NCBI GenBank assembly: GCA_964392435.1
Contig: CAYMOY010000001.1
Coordinates: 77,259 to 141,258, forward strand
Direction: 5' to 3'
Origin: Candidatus Micrarchaeota archaeon
GTDB taxonomy: Archaea; Micrarchaeota; Micrarchaeia; Anstonellales; Anstonellaceae
Length of the DNA: 64,000 nucleotides
Each line of letters begins with the position of its first letter. Positions within the stretch are counted from its first letter, which is position 1. A program made the translations under genes and the position numbers. Shown here piece after piece: positions 1 through 9,869 of the stretch. The notes beneath the pieces are model-generated. The model saw only the letters and a program-made list of their open reading frames with translations, had not been told where the DNA came from and searched no databases.

Positions 1-421
1 CAAGGGGAAACGAGGTTCCGAAAACCCCGATGAATATCGTGTCCCCCCTATTCAATGCTCGGCCAACCATCTTCTTTTTGACAAACTGGTCAAAGCCAGG
101 CGAGTATTTCATGGGCTGCGTGGGGGCAAGCACCACCTTTTTCGCCTCTTTGAGCTCGGCTTTTTTGACCACCAGCTTGTCCCCCAGTCCAACCCCTGTG
201 TTTTGGCGCAAATAGCCGTCCATGCGCACAATGCTGAGCCCCTCATCCTGCGGGTGCGCCTGCCAGACAAGCGCGGCAGTGCTGCGCTTTCCTTTCAGCT
301 CAACTATGTCCCCGGTGGAGACATCCAGCTCCTTTCGCGCCTTGGAGTCTATCCTGACCAGCCCTCGCCCGACATCGTTTTGAAGCGCCTCGGCGACTTT
401 GAGTTCGATTGATTTTGCCAT
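1..421 (-). CDS. cdc48: CDC48/VAT AAA ATPase, N-terminal part (runs off window start)
   Basis: Manual translation from ATG at 421: MAKSIELKVAEALQNDVGRGLVRIDSKARKELDVSTGDIVEL...VRMDGYLRQNTGVGLGDKLVV, a typical CDC48 N-domain; absent from ORF track. Confidence 0.93.
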   Translation of the reverse strand, partial: MAKSIELKVAEALQNDVGRGLVRIDSKARKELDVSTGDIVELKGKRSTAALVWQAHPQDEGLSIVRMDGYLRQNTGVGLGDKLVVKKAELKEAKKVVLAPTQPMKYSPGFDQFVKKKMVGRALNRGDTIFIGVFGTSFPL

Positions 422-469
422 AAGACCACAACTCTTTCTTTTTTCCCAACTCCTAAAAGTGGCTCAAAA

Positions 470-479
470 CTTTATAAAG
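470..479. promoter_or_regulatory. Palindromic TATA box candidate between divergent genes
   Basis: CTTTATAAAG, a perfect palindrome about 50 bp upstream of cdc48. Confidence 0.5.
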
Positions 480-565
480 GGGCTCGGTTTTGCGCTGCGT
501 TGCGCCTTCAAAGGCTTCGGTTCTGGTGTGGGCTAAGGTATATTAACAAGTAGCGATAACAGTAT

Positions 566-1459
566 TTGGTGCAAAAGCAAAAACTCCACATTCTATTGTG
601 CTTCGGCCAGCACGGCAAGAGCAACTTCAAGAATCTCCTGCCCATAATTGAAAAATTCAAGCCAGATGTAATAGCCCCTGAAGGGGTGGATTATACAAAA
701 TCCCTGCGCAACAGGTCGGCTGATGCTTTTCGCATGATACGCGGGCGTATCAATCAACAGGCAGAAACTCCCCTCCCCCGCAACAGGATAAATCGCCTCC
801 TCGGCCCATTTCCGCTCAGAGATCCGCCATTTGCCGAATATGAATATCGTGAGGCACTGGCAAGGGGCATCGCCTATTTCCCGATAGAAGTCCACAAGCA
901 AACCCGTCAATTCATGGGCGCCCACGATGAATTCATCAGAGAGCAGTTCAGAATTTCGATTTTACTGTCCAACTGCCCATCGTGGAACTCCGTCTCAAAA
1001 GGCAGACTGGAAAAAACGGCTCAAAACTTCCTCTTAGCAAGCAAAAAATACGCAATTTCGAACATCGAACGCGAGAACGATATCATCCAGTCGATAGGCA
1101 GCTACCAAAGCGACCTGATTGGTTCCTATCCTGAACTGTCAAACAACAAGAAAATCCGCGTGTTCGCCCACTTTGGTACGTACCACGTCGGCATTCATTA
1201 CTTCGGCAAGCGTCATTATCTTGGCAATGGCGATATTCAGTTAAGCAGTTCCATGGCTTCTTTGGATTGCTCCGGCAACCTTTGCAGCCTGTTCATGCGC
1301 TTTGGAAAACTGCCTCCTGCCGGCATATTATACCATGATTTGATTTCTCTTTCCCAAATCTCCAAGCAGGCCTACTATTTCCTTCAAAAGAACGAGGAAT
1401 CCATAATCAAGGCGCTAAAACCGCTGGTTTGCGATTTGAAACCCATCCTGTTGCCCTAA
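566..1459 (+). CDS. Hypothetical protein, possible TraB/Tiki/ChaN-like fold
   Basis: 297-aa ORF with motifs FGQH, KPDVIAPEG, ERENDI, HFGTYHVGI. Confidence 0.6.
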   Translation: MVQKQKLHILLCFGQHGKSNFKNLLPIIEKFKPDVIAPEGVDYTKSLRNRSADAFRMIRGRINQQAETPLPRNRINRLLGPFPLRDPPFAEYEYREALARGIAYFPIEVHKQTRQFMGAHDEFIREQFRISILLSNCPSWNSVSKGRLEKTAQNFLLASKKYAISNIERENDIIQSIGSYQSDLIGSYPELSNNKKIRVFAHFGTYHVGIHYFGKRHYLGNGDIQLSSSMASLDCSGNLCSLFMRFGKLPPAGILYHDLISLSQISKQAYYFLQKNEESIIKALKPLVCDLKPILLP

Positions 1460-2727
1460 AAATCGCCAAGCGTCTTCTGCCCTTCCTCCATATCCGCATT
1501 CCCCTCCTTCTCGTCGAATATGATTATCCTTCCGTATTCCCCGTCGTAGCCTGCGACTTTCTTCACCTTTCCCTCCTCCACCCTTCGGATAGCCTCTGCC
1601 ACCCTTTCGCCTGCAACTTTTTTCAGCCTCGCAGGAGGGGCGTGGAGCACGGCAAACTCATTCCCGAAATGCTTTATGAGCCTGAAATAGTTCTCATCCA
1701 CTGCCTTGGTGGTGGATTTTTTGCCAATCGCCTCTCCTATCACTTCCTTGAGCGGCACTAACGACTCGAACGGGACGGAGTTTTTCGGTACAAATCCATC
1801 CTGCCTGTCTGCAAGCTGCTCCACTCTGGAAAGGACGCCGATAGTAAGCGGCTTTTTGCACACTGGGCAAATCCCGTTGCGCTTCTTCGTCTCCTCAGGC
1901 GAAAAGCTCACATTGCAGTTTCTATGCCCGTCAAAGTGGTATTTGCCCTCCTCGGGGTAAAACTCGTAGGTGCAGGCAAGCTTTTTCTTCTCCTTGTACC
2001 GTATCGCCTCGTAAAGCTCGTCATATCTGAGGTGGTCCAAGTCGAAAACATTGGCCTCCCTGCCTATTTTCTCGGGCGAGTGCGAGTCTGAATTCGAAAG
2101 AAGCTGCAATCTGTCAAGCTCGGAGAGCCTCCAGTTCATCGCCGGGTCGGAAGACAAGCCCGTCTCAATTGCGTAAATGCGCTTTTCGTATTCCCCAAAC
2201 GCCTCTGAAAGCGAGTCAAACCCGCTCATGGAGCCGAAAACCGAAAACCACGGAGTCCATATGTGCGCGGGGATTACGAGGTTCTTGTCAGAAACGCTAA
2301 GCACTATTTCGCATACCTCAATCGCGGACATCCCAAATATCGGGCGCCCATCCGACTTCAAATTTCCCCTCTTTCCAAGCGCCTCGTTTATCTGCGCAAC
2401 TATTTCGAGCGAGGGGGAGAGCAGCACAAGGTGCACGCGCCGTCCGTGCCCTCCCTGCGTGTAGATGCAGGACACTTCTGCTGACAGCACAAAATTCACG
2501 CCATCATACTGCAAAAAGCCCGAGTCCGACTCAATCGCCTTTGCCTGAAGCTCGGCAAACCACTCGGGGTGCGTGAAGTCGCCAGTGCCCAGGAGGTCAA
2601 TGCCCTTTATCTTCGCCCACTTGCTCAAAGTCTCCAGTTCCATTCCAGGCGAGGTCGCCCTGGAGTACTTGGAGTGCATGTGCAGGTCTGCGACTGCCTT
2701 TACCACGAAATTCCCCTCCCGTGCCAT
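1456..2727 (-). CDS. Endonuclease Q family (PHP domain plus Zn finger)
   Basis: ADLHMHSKYSRATS, HIWTPWFS, NSDSHS, GKYHFDGHRNC, CPVC. Confidence 0.9.
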   Translation of the reverse strand: MAREGNFVVKAVADLHMHSKYSRATSPGMELETLSKWAKIKGIDLLGTGDFTHPEWFAELQAKAIESDSGFLQYDGVNFVLSAEVSCIYTQGGHGRRVHLVLLSPSLEIVAQINEALGKRGNLKSDGRPIFGMSAIEVCEIVLSVSDKNLVIPAHIWTPWFSVFGSMSGFDSLSEAFGEYEKRIYAIETGLSSDPAMNWRLSELDRLQLLSNSDSHSPEKIGREANVFDLDHLRYDELYEAIRYKEKKKLACTYEFYPEEGKYHFDGHRNCNVSFSPEETKKRNGICPVCKKPLTIGVLSRVEQLADRQDGFVPKNSVPFESLVPLKEVIGEAIGKKSTTKAVDENYFRLIKHFGNEFAVLHAPPARLKKVAGERVAEAIRRVEEGKVKKVAGYDGEYGRIIIFDEKEGNADMEEGQKTLGDF

Positions 2728-2767
2728 TTTTATCCTCTTGCATTAATAATTCCTCCAGAATGATTCG

Positions 2768-5035
2768 ATGGTCATCTTTGCCACTAGAAAAACCGAAAAC
2801 TTGCCATTTCAGCCCCATGAGGCTTTGGGCCCAAACCCATTTCTGGGTCCAGCCTACTCAGAAACCATCAAAAACGAGCTGAACGCGCTTCGCCCCAACT
2901 TCTGCTCTGACAAAATGGCGGAAAACCTTGCAAAAAAAGTTCCAGAAGGCGGTCTGGACAAGTTTTTGGGCGAAATGAAAAGCCTGGTCTTGGTTATAGG
3001 GCAGAAAACAACAGACGATTCGGCGTTGATTTCACTTGGCAATCTTCTTTCTGATTCAAACTTCAAGCCCGAGTATCTTGCAACTGTCATGCGCATCAAT
3101 AAGGATAAAACCGGAAAAGAAGTATCTTGGAACATCGATGCCATCGCCAATCTCATTTCCAACTCGAATTTTAAGCCCGAATGCTTCGAAATGGCTGAAC
3201 AGCTTACGAAGAACGCAGGCAAGGATGAGACTTACCATGTTTTTCATGCCCTATCCGCTTTCATCTCCGACAACGGTTCCAGCACTGAAAACCTGAAATT
3301 ATTCGAAAAAGCGTTCGATTGGGCAATAAACAAGACAAATGAAAAAGATTCATTCCTGTGCGTCCGTTCTGCGGTTTCTCTTATTTCCGCACACGAATTC
3401 AAGCCAGAACATCTGGATTTATTCGTGAAAATCGCAGATTTGATAATCAGGAACACGCAGGGGGGCGACACTGGCGAAACCCAGTGGGCATTGATAAATC
3501 TTTCCGGAACGCTCTCCGAACCCAAATTCAATCCGGATTATCTTGAGCCAATGGCAGCTATTCTGAAGGGGAGGGGCAGGGCAGAAACATCCGGCATCCT
3601 AAAGGCGGTTTCAACAATGTTTTCCCATCCCGGTTTTGAGCCGGAAAAGCACAGGTTTTTTGAAAATCCCATGTCCATAAGCCTGATCCTAAACCAGTCA
3701 GGCAAAGAGGCGGTCTTTGCAATGGCCTCCTTCTTCGATCCCCGCATATCCGAGGACATCAGGAATAATTATCTTGCCGACCCACTGAAAAACATCCAGC
3801 TGCTTATGCCGCGCATTGTCGCCTATGGAGTGGCAACCGATCTTGGCGAGCCGATTGATTCTTTGCATGATGATGGACAGAACAGAAAGAAATATGTGGA
3901 CTCTCTGAATCTCTCGCAGGTTCTCGGGCTTCTAATGTCCGACCCTAACTTATTTTACACATCTTCCAACAATATGCTATTCGACCGCCTGAACAAGCTT
4001 CTCGGGGAAAATGGCGCCTCCCTGTCCCAATTCTTGCAAGAAAACCAGCTTATCGACACGAATCCAGACCTGGTCCGCAACCTGTTTTTCAGGGCAATGA
4101 ACTACGGCAGGCTTCACGGGGGGCCGGATTCCATATTGGATGGTGCTGGGTTCAAGCAGCTGGTGCCGCTTATCTTCGAGCCCATAAAATCCGGAAAATT
4201 CGATGCCAACTATTTCTATCTTCTCGGCAACGGGCTCGAGGCCATAAAGTCGCTTGGACTGGCAAAAGATTTGCTAAAGGCAATAGGCGAAACCGCCTCG
4301 GGCGACCAAAAATTCAACAGAGCCCGCGAGTTTGTTCGCAAGTACCTGGAAGGCACGCTTGAAGATTCTTCAAAAGCATTTTACAATCCCTCGCTTTTCT
4401 GCTCAAAAGACGGCAAGCAAGTGCTTGTCCAGGTTTTCGACAAAGAGGACAGCGGCAATGGCGAAGGCGGGAATTTTAAGGAGGCGATGCGGGACGCGCA
4501 GCTGCTGTGCGGGAAGCCCAAAAAAGGCGAGTATGGCGAACTAATATATGAAAATGGCAATAGGCGGATAATCCTCATCTGCCAAGAGGAAGGCACAAAC
4601 AGGCAATTTTTGGAAAACAGGCTAAAAACCGACTCGAACATGATACTGACTTTCAGGGGGCATAGCTACAGCCTGAATGACAACATTCCACCCGAGATTT
4701 TTGGTAATGTGGACGCGAATATCCTGTTTGTCATGGGGAGCTGCGGCAGCTCTGGGGCAGTGCCTAATTATATGGAAAAAAATCCCAAAATCAATTTTTC
4801 ATTCGTCTCAAACGAGAGCACTGGCAGGGCGGCCGTGACCCAGAGGGGATTAATCCCTGCGTTGCTCGACCAGAAAAGCAGCGGCAAGAAATATGCCGAT
4901 GTCTTGAAAAGCCGTGAGAAAGAGATCAAGGCGGGGCGCGGCGACCTAGAGACAATCAAAACCTACGATGACGGGCAATGGCTTTTGGATTATGTTCTGC
5001 GCAATGCCCCATCCACCTTAGCTTCACAATTATAA
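2768..5035 (+). CDS. Large hypothetical protein: about 6 helical repeats plus caspase-like (clan CD) C-terminal domain
   Basis: 755-aa ORF; repeated (N/E)FKPE motif; TFRGHSY and FVMGSCGSSG; start codon uncertain. Confidence 0.7.
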   Translation: MVIFATRKTENLPFQPHEALGPNPFLGPAYSETIKNELNALRPNFCSDKMAENLAKKVPEGGLDKFLGEMKSLVLVIGQKTTDDSALISLGNLLSDSNFKPEYLATVMRINKDKTGKEVSWNIDAIANLISNSNFKPECFEMAEQLTKNAGKDETYHVFHALSAFISDNGSSTENLKLFEKAFDWAINKTNEKDSFLCVRSAVSLISAHEFKPEHLDLFVKIADLIIRNTQGGDTGETQWALINLSGTLSEPKFNPDYLEPMAAILKGRGRAETSGILKAVSTMFSHPGFEPEKHRFFENPMSISLILNQSGKEAVFAMASFFDPRISEDIRNNYLADPLKNIQLLMPRIVAYGVATDLGEPIDSLHDDGQNRKKYVDSLNLSQVLGLLMSDPNLFYTSSNNMLFDRLNKLLGENGASLSQFLQENQLIDTNPDLVRNLFFRAMNYGRLHGGPDSILDGAGFKQLVPLIFEPIKSGKFDANYFYLLGNGLEAIKSLGLAKDLLKAIGETASGDQKFNRAREFVRKYLEGTLEDSSKAFYNPSLFCSKDGKQVLVQVFDKEDSGNGEGGNFKEAMRDAQLLCGKPKKGEYGELIYENGNRRIILICQEEGTNRQFLENRLKTDSNMILTFRGHSYSLNDNIPPEIFGNVDANILFVMGSCGSSGAVPNYMEKNPKINFSFVSNESTGRAAVTQRGLIPALLDQKSSGKKYADVLKSREKEIKAGRGDLETIKTYDDGQWLLDYVLRNAPSTLASQL

Positions 5036-5058
5036 AACTCCTCTCCGACTTTTGGATT

Positions 5059-5478
5059 ATGGAGATACGCAAGATGCGCGCAGGGGATTTGCCTGCGCTT
5101 TCGCGCATGGCATCAAAGATTTTCCAAGAGCCCTACCCAAAAATGGTACTAGCGTGGCTAACTGATTCCTTCAAATCCCGGGTGGAGGGCGCCTGCCTTG
5201 TGGCAGAGGACAATGGGAAGATGGCAGGCGCAATATTCGGGAACAAGCTGCTTACCACGCGCCCAGGTACGGCAAGAATAACCGAATTTTTCGTGGCAGG
5301 CGATTATCGTGGCAAGGGGGCGGGCAAGGCGCTTTTCTCATCCTGCATGTCCGCAATGAAGAAAAATGGCATGAAAAGCGTGTCCTTGCTGGTAAGGGAG
5401 AAAAACAAGCGCGCGCTTTCGCTTTACAAAAAAGCAGGCTTCAAGCCGTTCAGGCTCATGCTTTTGAGGAGATTTTGA
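5059..5478 (+). CDS. GNAT family N-acetyltransferase
   Basis: MEIRKMRAGDL; acetyl-CoA motif FFVAGDYRGKGAGKAL; NKRALSLYKKAGF; start refined from ORF track. Confidence 0.9.
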   Translation: MEIRKMRAGDLPALSRMASKIFQEPYPKMVLAWLTDSFKSRVEGACLVAEDNGKMAGAIFGNKLLTTRPGTARITEFFVAGDYRGKGAGKALFSSCMSAMKKNGMKSVSLLVREKNKRALSLYKKAGFKPFRLMLLRRF

Positions 5479-6563
5479 TGGCAAGCTCGAACATATTCAG
5501 GTCTTCAAAAGGGGAGAACAGGATATTCCGCGACGAGTCGGCCCTTCTTCCCGACTTTTTGCCAGATGAGCTTCCTGGCAGGGAACGCGAGATACGCGAG
5601 CTTGTCTATTGCCTTCAGCCTGCGGCGGAAAAGCGCCAGCCCGAGCACGCGCTTCTCATCGGAACGCCTGGCACAGGCAAGACATCCTCCGCGCGCTTTG
5701 TGCTCAAACAGCTCTCGGAGTACAGCCAGCGCCCTCTTCCCGTCTACATCAACTGCTGGGAGTATTCTAGCCGCTTTGCAATATTCTCCTTCCTGGCAGC
5801 CTCGCTTGGCGAGCCCATGCCCCGCCGAGGCATTGCGGCTGATGAGGTGTTTTCCCGCATTGTGGAAATAGCGAAAAAAGAGGAGCGGATACCCATTTTG
5901 GTGCTGGACGAGGCAGACAGGCTGGAGTCATCCGAAGAAGGCGTGCAGGTGCTCTACGACTTGTGCCGCGCAAACGAAATACACTCGCTCAAAACCGGCG
6001 TGATTGCGATAACAAACGATGAAGAATTCCACACCAGGCTGGATGCCCGCGTGCGCTCCTCATTCGTGCAGCACACGCTGAATTTCCCGGCATACACTGT
6101 CCCGCAGCTCAAAGAAATAGTCTCGCGGCGCGCCAAGCTTGCCTTTGCCCCGGATGTGCTTGATGCCGAAGTCGTCCCCCTCTGCGCGGCAATAGCATTC
6201 AAGAACGGCGGGGACGCGCGCGTTGCCCTCTCGCTGCTCTTGTCCGCTGGCAAGGCTGCCGAGCGGGAAAATGCGCCTCGCGTGTTGGTCTCCCATGTGC
6301 GGCAGATGGAAGGGCAGGCGCTGGGGGCATCCACAGTGAAAGCAGAGCGCAAGATTGCCGACCTTGACGAGATAGACCAAAAAATAGTGGAGGAGGCAAA
6401 AGGCGGCATAGAGTCAGGCCAGCTCTATTCAAGGCTAAAGAAATTCGTGCAGGAGCGCGCGCTTCGCAACAGAATCGAGCGCCTTGAGAAAAACGGGATA
6501 CTTGAGGTTCAAAGCAAAACGCTAGGGAAGGGCAGGACAAGGCTCATCAAGGTGAAAGGGTAA
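5475..6563 (+). CDS. cdc6: Orc1/Cdc6 replication initiator
   Basis: LPGRERE, Walker A GTPGTGKT, Walker B LVLDEAD, GDARVAL, C-terminal winged helix. Confidence 0.92.
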   Translation: MMASSNIFRSSKGENRIFRDESALLPDFLPDELPGREREIRELVYCLQPAAEKRQPEHALLIGTPGTGKTSSARFVLKQLSEYSQRPLPVYINCWEYSSRFAIFSFLAASLGEPMPRRGIAADEVFSRIVEIAKKEERIPILVLDEADRLESSEEGVQVLYDLCRANEIHSLKTGVIAITNDEEFHTRLDARVRSSFVQHTLNFPAYTVPQLKEIVSRRAKLAFAPDVLDAEVVPLCAAIAFKNGGDARVALSLLLSAGKAAERENAPRVLVSHVRQMEGQALGASTVKAERKIADLDEIDQKIVEEAKGGIESGQLYSRLKKFVQERALRNRIERLEKNGILEVQSKTLGKGRTRLIKVKG

Positions 6564-6564
6564 T

Positions 6565-7800
6565 CTAGCCAGCCTTTATCTTCTTAGCAGCCTCTTCAAG
6601 TTTCAGCATCTCTTCCTTCCCATTCGTAAGATTCCGCAGGGTGACTTTTCCCTCCTTTTTCTCCCGCTCGCCAACCACCACAATCCACTCGCAGCAGCCA
6701 GAAGCGTATTCCATCTGCTTTTTCAGGTTCCTCCTGTTCAGGTCGGTCTGCGCTGCGATGCCTGCGGCTCGAAGCTGTGATGAGACCTGCAGCGCATAGG
6801 GGTAAAACTCGTCTTTTGCAGCGGCAACGAAAACCCCGGTTTTTTCCTGCCCTGCCTTTCCCATCAGGGCAAGCAGCCGCTCTATCCCAAGCGAAATCCC
6901 AACCGCCGCGTCGCCCTGCCCGTACATGGCAAGCAACCCGTCGTATCTTCCTCCGCCTGCGACCGAGCCTATCTCCTCGCTCAGCTTTATCTCGAATATC
7001 GCGCCAGTGTAATAGTCCAGTCCGCGCACAAGGGAAAAGTCCAGCTCGACTTTTATCTTGTCCGAGTACTCCGAAACCAGCACCATGATGTCTGCCAGGT
7101 CCTTGGCGGCCTCGGGGGAATAAGTCATTGCCACCCTCAGCCTGCTCCCGTTATTTCCCGATGCAGTCAACTCGGCTAAGAGCTTTTTAGCCTTGCCTTC
7201 CTCAGCCCCAAGCTCCACGAACATCCTGATGGCAGCTTCATCACCTATTTTCTCCCGCTTGTCCAAAATGCGCAGTATCGCCCCTTCCTTTCCGGGCAAG
7301 AGCTTGGCGGCAATGGCCGAAATTATCCTCCTGTCGTTGATGCGCACTACCCCGCCAGAAAAGCCAAGCTTTTCAAGTGCGGTCCATGCGACTGCGATAA
7401 GCTCAGCCTCTGCCCGCACCGAGGGGCAGCCGATTATGTCCGCGTCAGCCTGGTAAAACTCGCGGAACCGCCCCTTCTGCGGCTCCTCGCGGCGCCAGAC
7501 AGGAGCAACGCAGTACCTTTTGAATGGCTTTTTGAAGGTGTTGGAGGATGCCACGCGCGAAAGCGGGACAGTCAGGTCAAAGCGCAGGGCAAGCCTGCCA
7601 TCATCCACCCTGAAAAGCTGCCCCTTTATCTCCTCGCCGCACTTTTTCTCCAGCACTTCGGCTGTTTCAAGCGCCGGCGTATCCATGGGCGCAAAGCCGA
7701 ACAAGCGGTAAACCGACCGTATCGTTCCTATGGCAAACTCCCGCCGGTTCATTTCATCCGGCAGAAAGTCCCGCATCCCTTTTGGCGCAGAGTAGTCCAT
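6565..7800 (-). CDS. hisS: Histidyl-tRNA synthetase
   Basis: PKGMRDF, LRFDLTVPL, RREEPQKGRFREFYQAD, VRGLDYYTG, GGGRYD. Confidence 0.97.
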   Translation of the reverse strand: MDYSAPKGMRDFLPDEMNRREFAIGTIRSVYRLFGFAPMDTPALETAEVLEKKCGEEIKGQLFRVDDGRLALRFDLTVPLSRVASSNTFKKPFKRYCVAPVWRREEPQKGRFREFYQADADIIGCPSVRAEAELIAVAWTALEKLGFSGGVVRINDRRIISAIAAKLLPGKEGAILRILDKREKIGDEAAIRMFVELGAEEGKAKKLLAELTASGNNGSRLRVAMTYSPEAAKDLADIMVLVSEYSDKIKVELDFSLVRGLDYYTGAIFEIKLSEEIGSVAGGGRYDGLLAMYGQGDAAVGISLGIERLLALMGKAGQEKTGVFVAAAKDEFYPYALQVSSQLRAAGIAAQTDLNRRNLKKQMEYASGCCEWIVVVGEREKKEGKVTLRNLTNGKEEMLKLEEAAKKIKAG

Positions 7801-7947
7801 GCGTTTATGGTGTCCGCTAGGCTATTTATCCTTATCCCCATTTGAGAGGATGCCAGGCTGGAAAAGGCGGGGGCTGGCTGTTGCTTGCATTCACGCTGCA
7901 AATGCTGCGCCCTGCCGGATTAAGGTGCGGGCTTCATCCTATTTTTC

Positions 7948-8259
7948 TCAGCCTTTCATGCTGGAGCCTATCCATTCCCTCAGGTTTTCCTTTGTGATGG
8001 CGCCCACGCGGTTGGCAATCACACGGCCGTCCTTGAAAAGCAGAAGGGTGGGTATGGAGGCGACCTCGAATTTCTCTGACAGCTCTGGCTGCTCGTCAAC
8101 GTTCACCTTGCCGAATCTGACCTCTTTCATCTCAAGCGAAAGAGCGTCCACAACAGGCCCCAGCATCCTGCAAGGGCCGCACCAGGGGGCCCAGAAATCC
8201 ACAAGCGTGACTCCCTTCCCGGTTTCCTTGTCGAAATTTTCTTTTGTCAGCGTAAGCAT
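7948..8259 (-). CDS. trxA: Thioredoxin
   Basis: VDFWAPWCGPC active site, SIPT cis-Pro. Confidence 0.97.
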   Translation of the reverse strand: MLTLTKENFDKETGKGVTLVDFWAPWCGPCRMLGPVVDALSLEMKEVRFGKVNVDEQPELSEKFEVASIPTLLLFKDGRVIANRVGAITKENLREWIGSSMKG

Positions 8260-8330
8260 CCCAACACCTCTCGTTTAGATGATGGCGCAATTAATTAAAA
8301 CCGATTACCCGGGTTTGCGCGCCCAAATGC

Positions 8331-8843
8331 CTATTCCGCCTTTGCCTGCCCGCCCTCCTCCTTGGGTGCTGAGGCCTGGCTGCCGAAATAAGCCTTGAAT
8401 TTTGGGGTGGTGGACAAGCTCTTTGTCCTGCCAGATTTTTTTTGCTGCACAAATCCTTTTTCGACAAGCTCCGCAATATCCTGGTATATTGTGGAGCCCA
8501 GCCGGTCTGCCAAAAGGGACTTCTTTATCCCCTCGCTTTTGGAGATGTAAGCCAGGGTGCGAAGCGCGTGTCGGGATATTTCCCCCTGCTGGGCAAAATC
8601 CTTCACATAATTCACATAGTCCGCGCGCAGCCTCATGTAATATTTGCCCTCCTCCAAGGCTATTTCAATCGCGCTCCCCGCGGAGTCGTATTTCGCCCTA
8701 AGCGCATCCAGCCGCTGTGACACAAAGCCTGGCGCGGCAACGCCAATAAGCTTGCCAAGCTCGGCAACAGACAATGGCTTGCTGCTCATGAAAAGCGCAG
8801 CCTCTATTATTCTTTCCGCCTGGGTCGAATCCATAAAAACCAA
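8331..8843 (-). CDS. scpB: SMC-Scp complex subunit ScpB
   Basis: IEAALFMSSKPLS, ALRTLAYI, TTPKFKAYFG; tandem winged helices. Confidence 0.9.
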   Translation of the reverse strand: MVFMDSTQAERIIEAALFMSSKPLSVAELGKLIGVAAPGFVSQRLDALRAKYDSAGSAIEIALEEGKYYMRLRADYVNYVKDFAQQGEISRHALRTLAYISKSEGIKKSLLADRLGSTIYQDIAELVEKGFVQQKKSGRTKSLSTTPKFKAYFGSQASAPKEEGGQAKAE

Positions 8844-8861
8844 CTCGCATGCTCTTTAATC

Positions 8862-9719
8862 TCACTTCGCCTTTGGCGCAGATTGCAGTTCCCCCTTCAC
8901 CCTGATGAAAATTTCCCCGAAGAACTTCTCCTGGAATATCGAGAGCTTCCTGTCCTGGACCAGGTGCAAAAGCGGCAGCAGTGTTGCGACAACCTGCACA
9001 GGTGTGCCGTCATTGACTATCCTTGAAAAGGTTGCAAGCCCCTCGCTGTCCTTTTCCTGGAGCACCCGTTCGTACACCTCAGCCATCCTCTGCTCTATGT
9101 TGAACTCCGGGAGGTGGATGTTTATCACGGCGGGTATCTCTATCTTCTGCGCCTTTTCTTCCCTTTTTTTCTGCTCATCAAAAACCTTCTCCATGGCAAG
9201 CAGCAGCTCGTCCAGCGTGACCATGCGCTTGGGGGGGATGCGGGTCTTGAGCTCCAGCACCGGTATCACTTCTGGCGAGGCATCCTCCTCCACATATGTT
9301 TCCTCGACCACGACTTGGGTCTCCTCTTCAAAGCGCAGCGCAGAGGCCTTGAACCGAACCAGTATTGCGGCTGCAAGTATCAGATTGGCAGGCACCCGCA
9401 AGTCCAGCATCTCCATCTTGTTTATGCGCTCGATGTAGCTCCCGGTTATCTCCACAATGTCTATGTTCCAGGGGTCCAGCTTCTTGGCCGCAACCAAGTC
9501 CAGCAGCATCTCCCTCCAGGTTGGAAGTGCGACTATCTTCTCCAGCTTCACATCATCGGATGTCATTTTAGAGGTGTCCACGCGTTCTTGCGCATCCGCA
9601 ATGTCCCTTTCCTCAGCCTGTGGCGCCACTGCATTAGCTTTTTTTGCGGGCGCACGTGCAAGTGTTTCATCTTCAGAAAACTCGCTCTCATCACCCTTGT
9701 TGTCCTTGCCATTGCCCAT
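8862..9719 (-). CDS. scpA: Kleisin ScpA
   Basis: LDPWNIDIVEIT, NLILAAAILVRFKA, VTLDELL, TLLPLLHL, QEKFFGEIFI; start refined. Confidence 0.9.
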   Translation of the reverse strand: MGNGKDNKGDESEFSEDETLARAPAKKANAVAPQAEERDIADAQERVDTSKMTSDDVKLEKIVALPTWREMLLDLVAAKKLDPWNIDIVEITGSYIERINKMEMLDLRVPANLILAAAILVRFKASALRFEEETQVVVEETYVEEDASPEVIPVLELKTRIPPKRMVTLDELLLAMEKVFDEQKKREEKAQKIEIPAVINIHLPEFNIEQRMAEVYERVLQEKDSEGLATFSRIVNDGTPVQVVATLLPLLHLVQDRKLSIFQEKFFGEIFIRVKGELQSAPKAK

Positions 9720-9869
9720 GCCGAAAATACTGCGCGCTCCCTTATATTTGTAGTGGGAATTCTGGTCGCAGCCAGTTTTCCCCGCATACAAAGCCCTGCC
9801 CGCCCATCATTGGCGCCACTCCAATAGTCAGGTTAAAAAATCCAAGCGCCGGTAATCAAAGCGGAGATT

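Noticed and set aside
5400-6600. Replication origin next to cdc6
   Set aside because: cdc6 overlaps its upstream gene and is 1 bp from hisS; no intergenic space, ORB repeats or AT-rich unwinding element is visible
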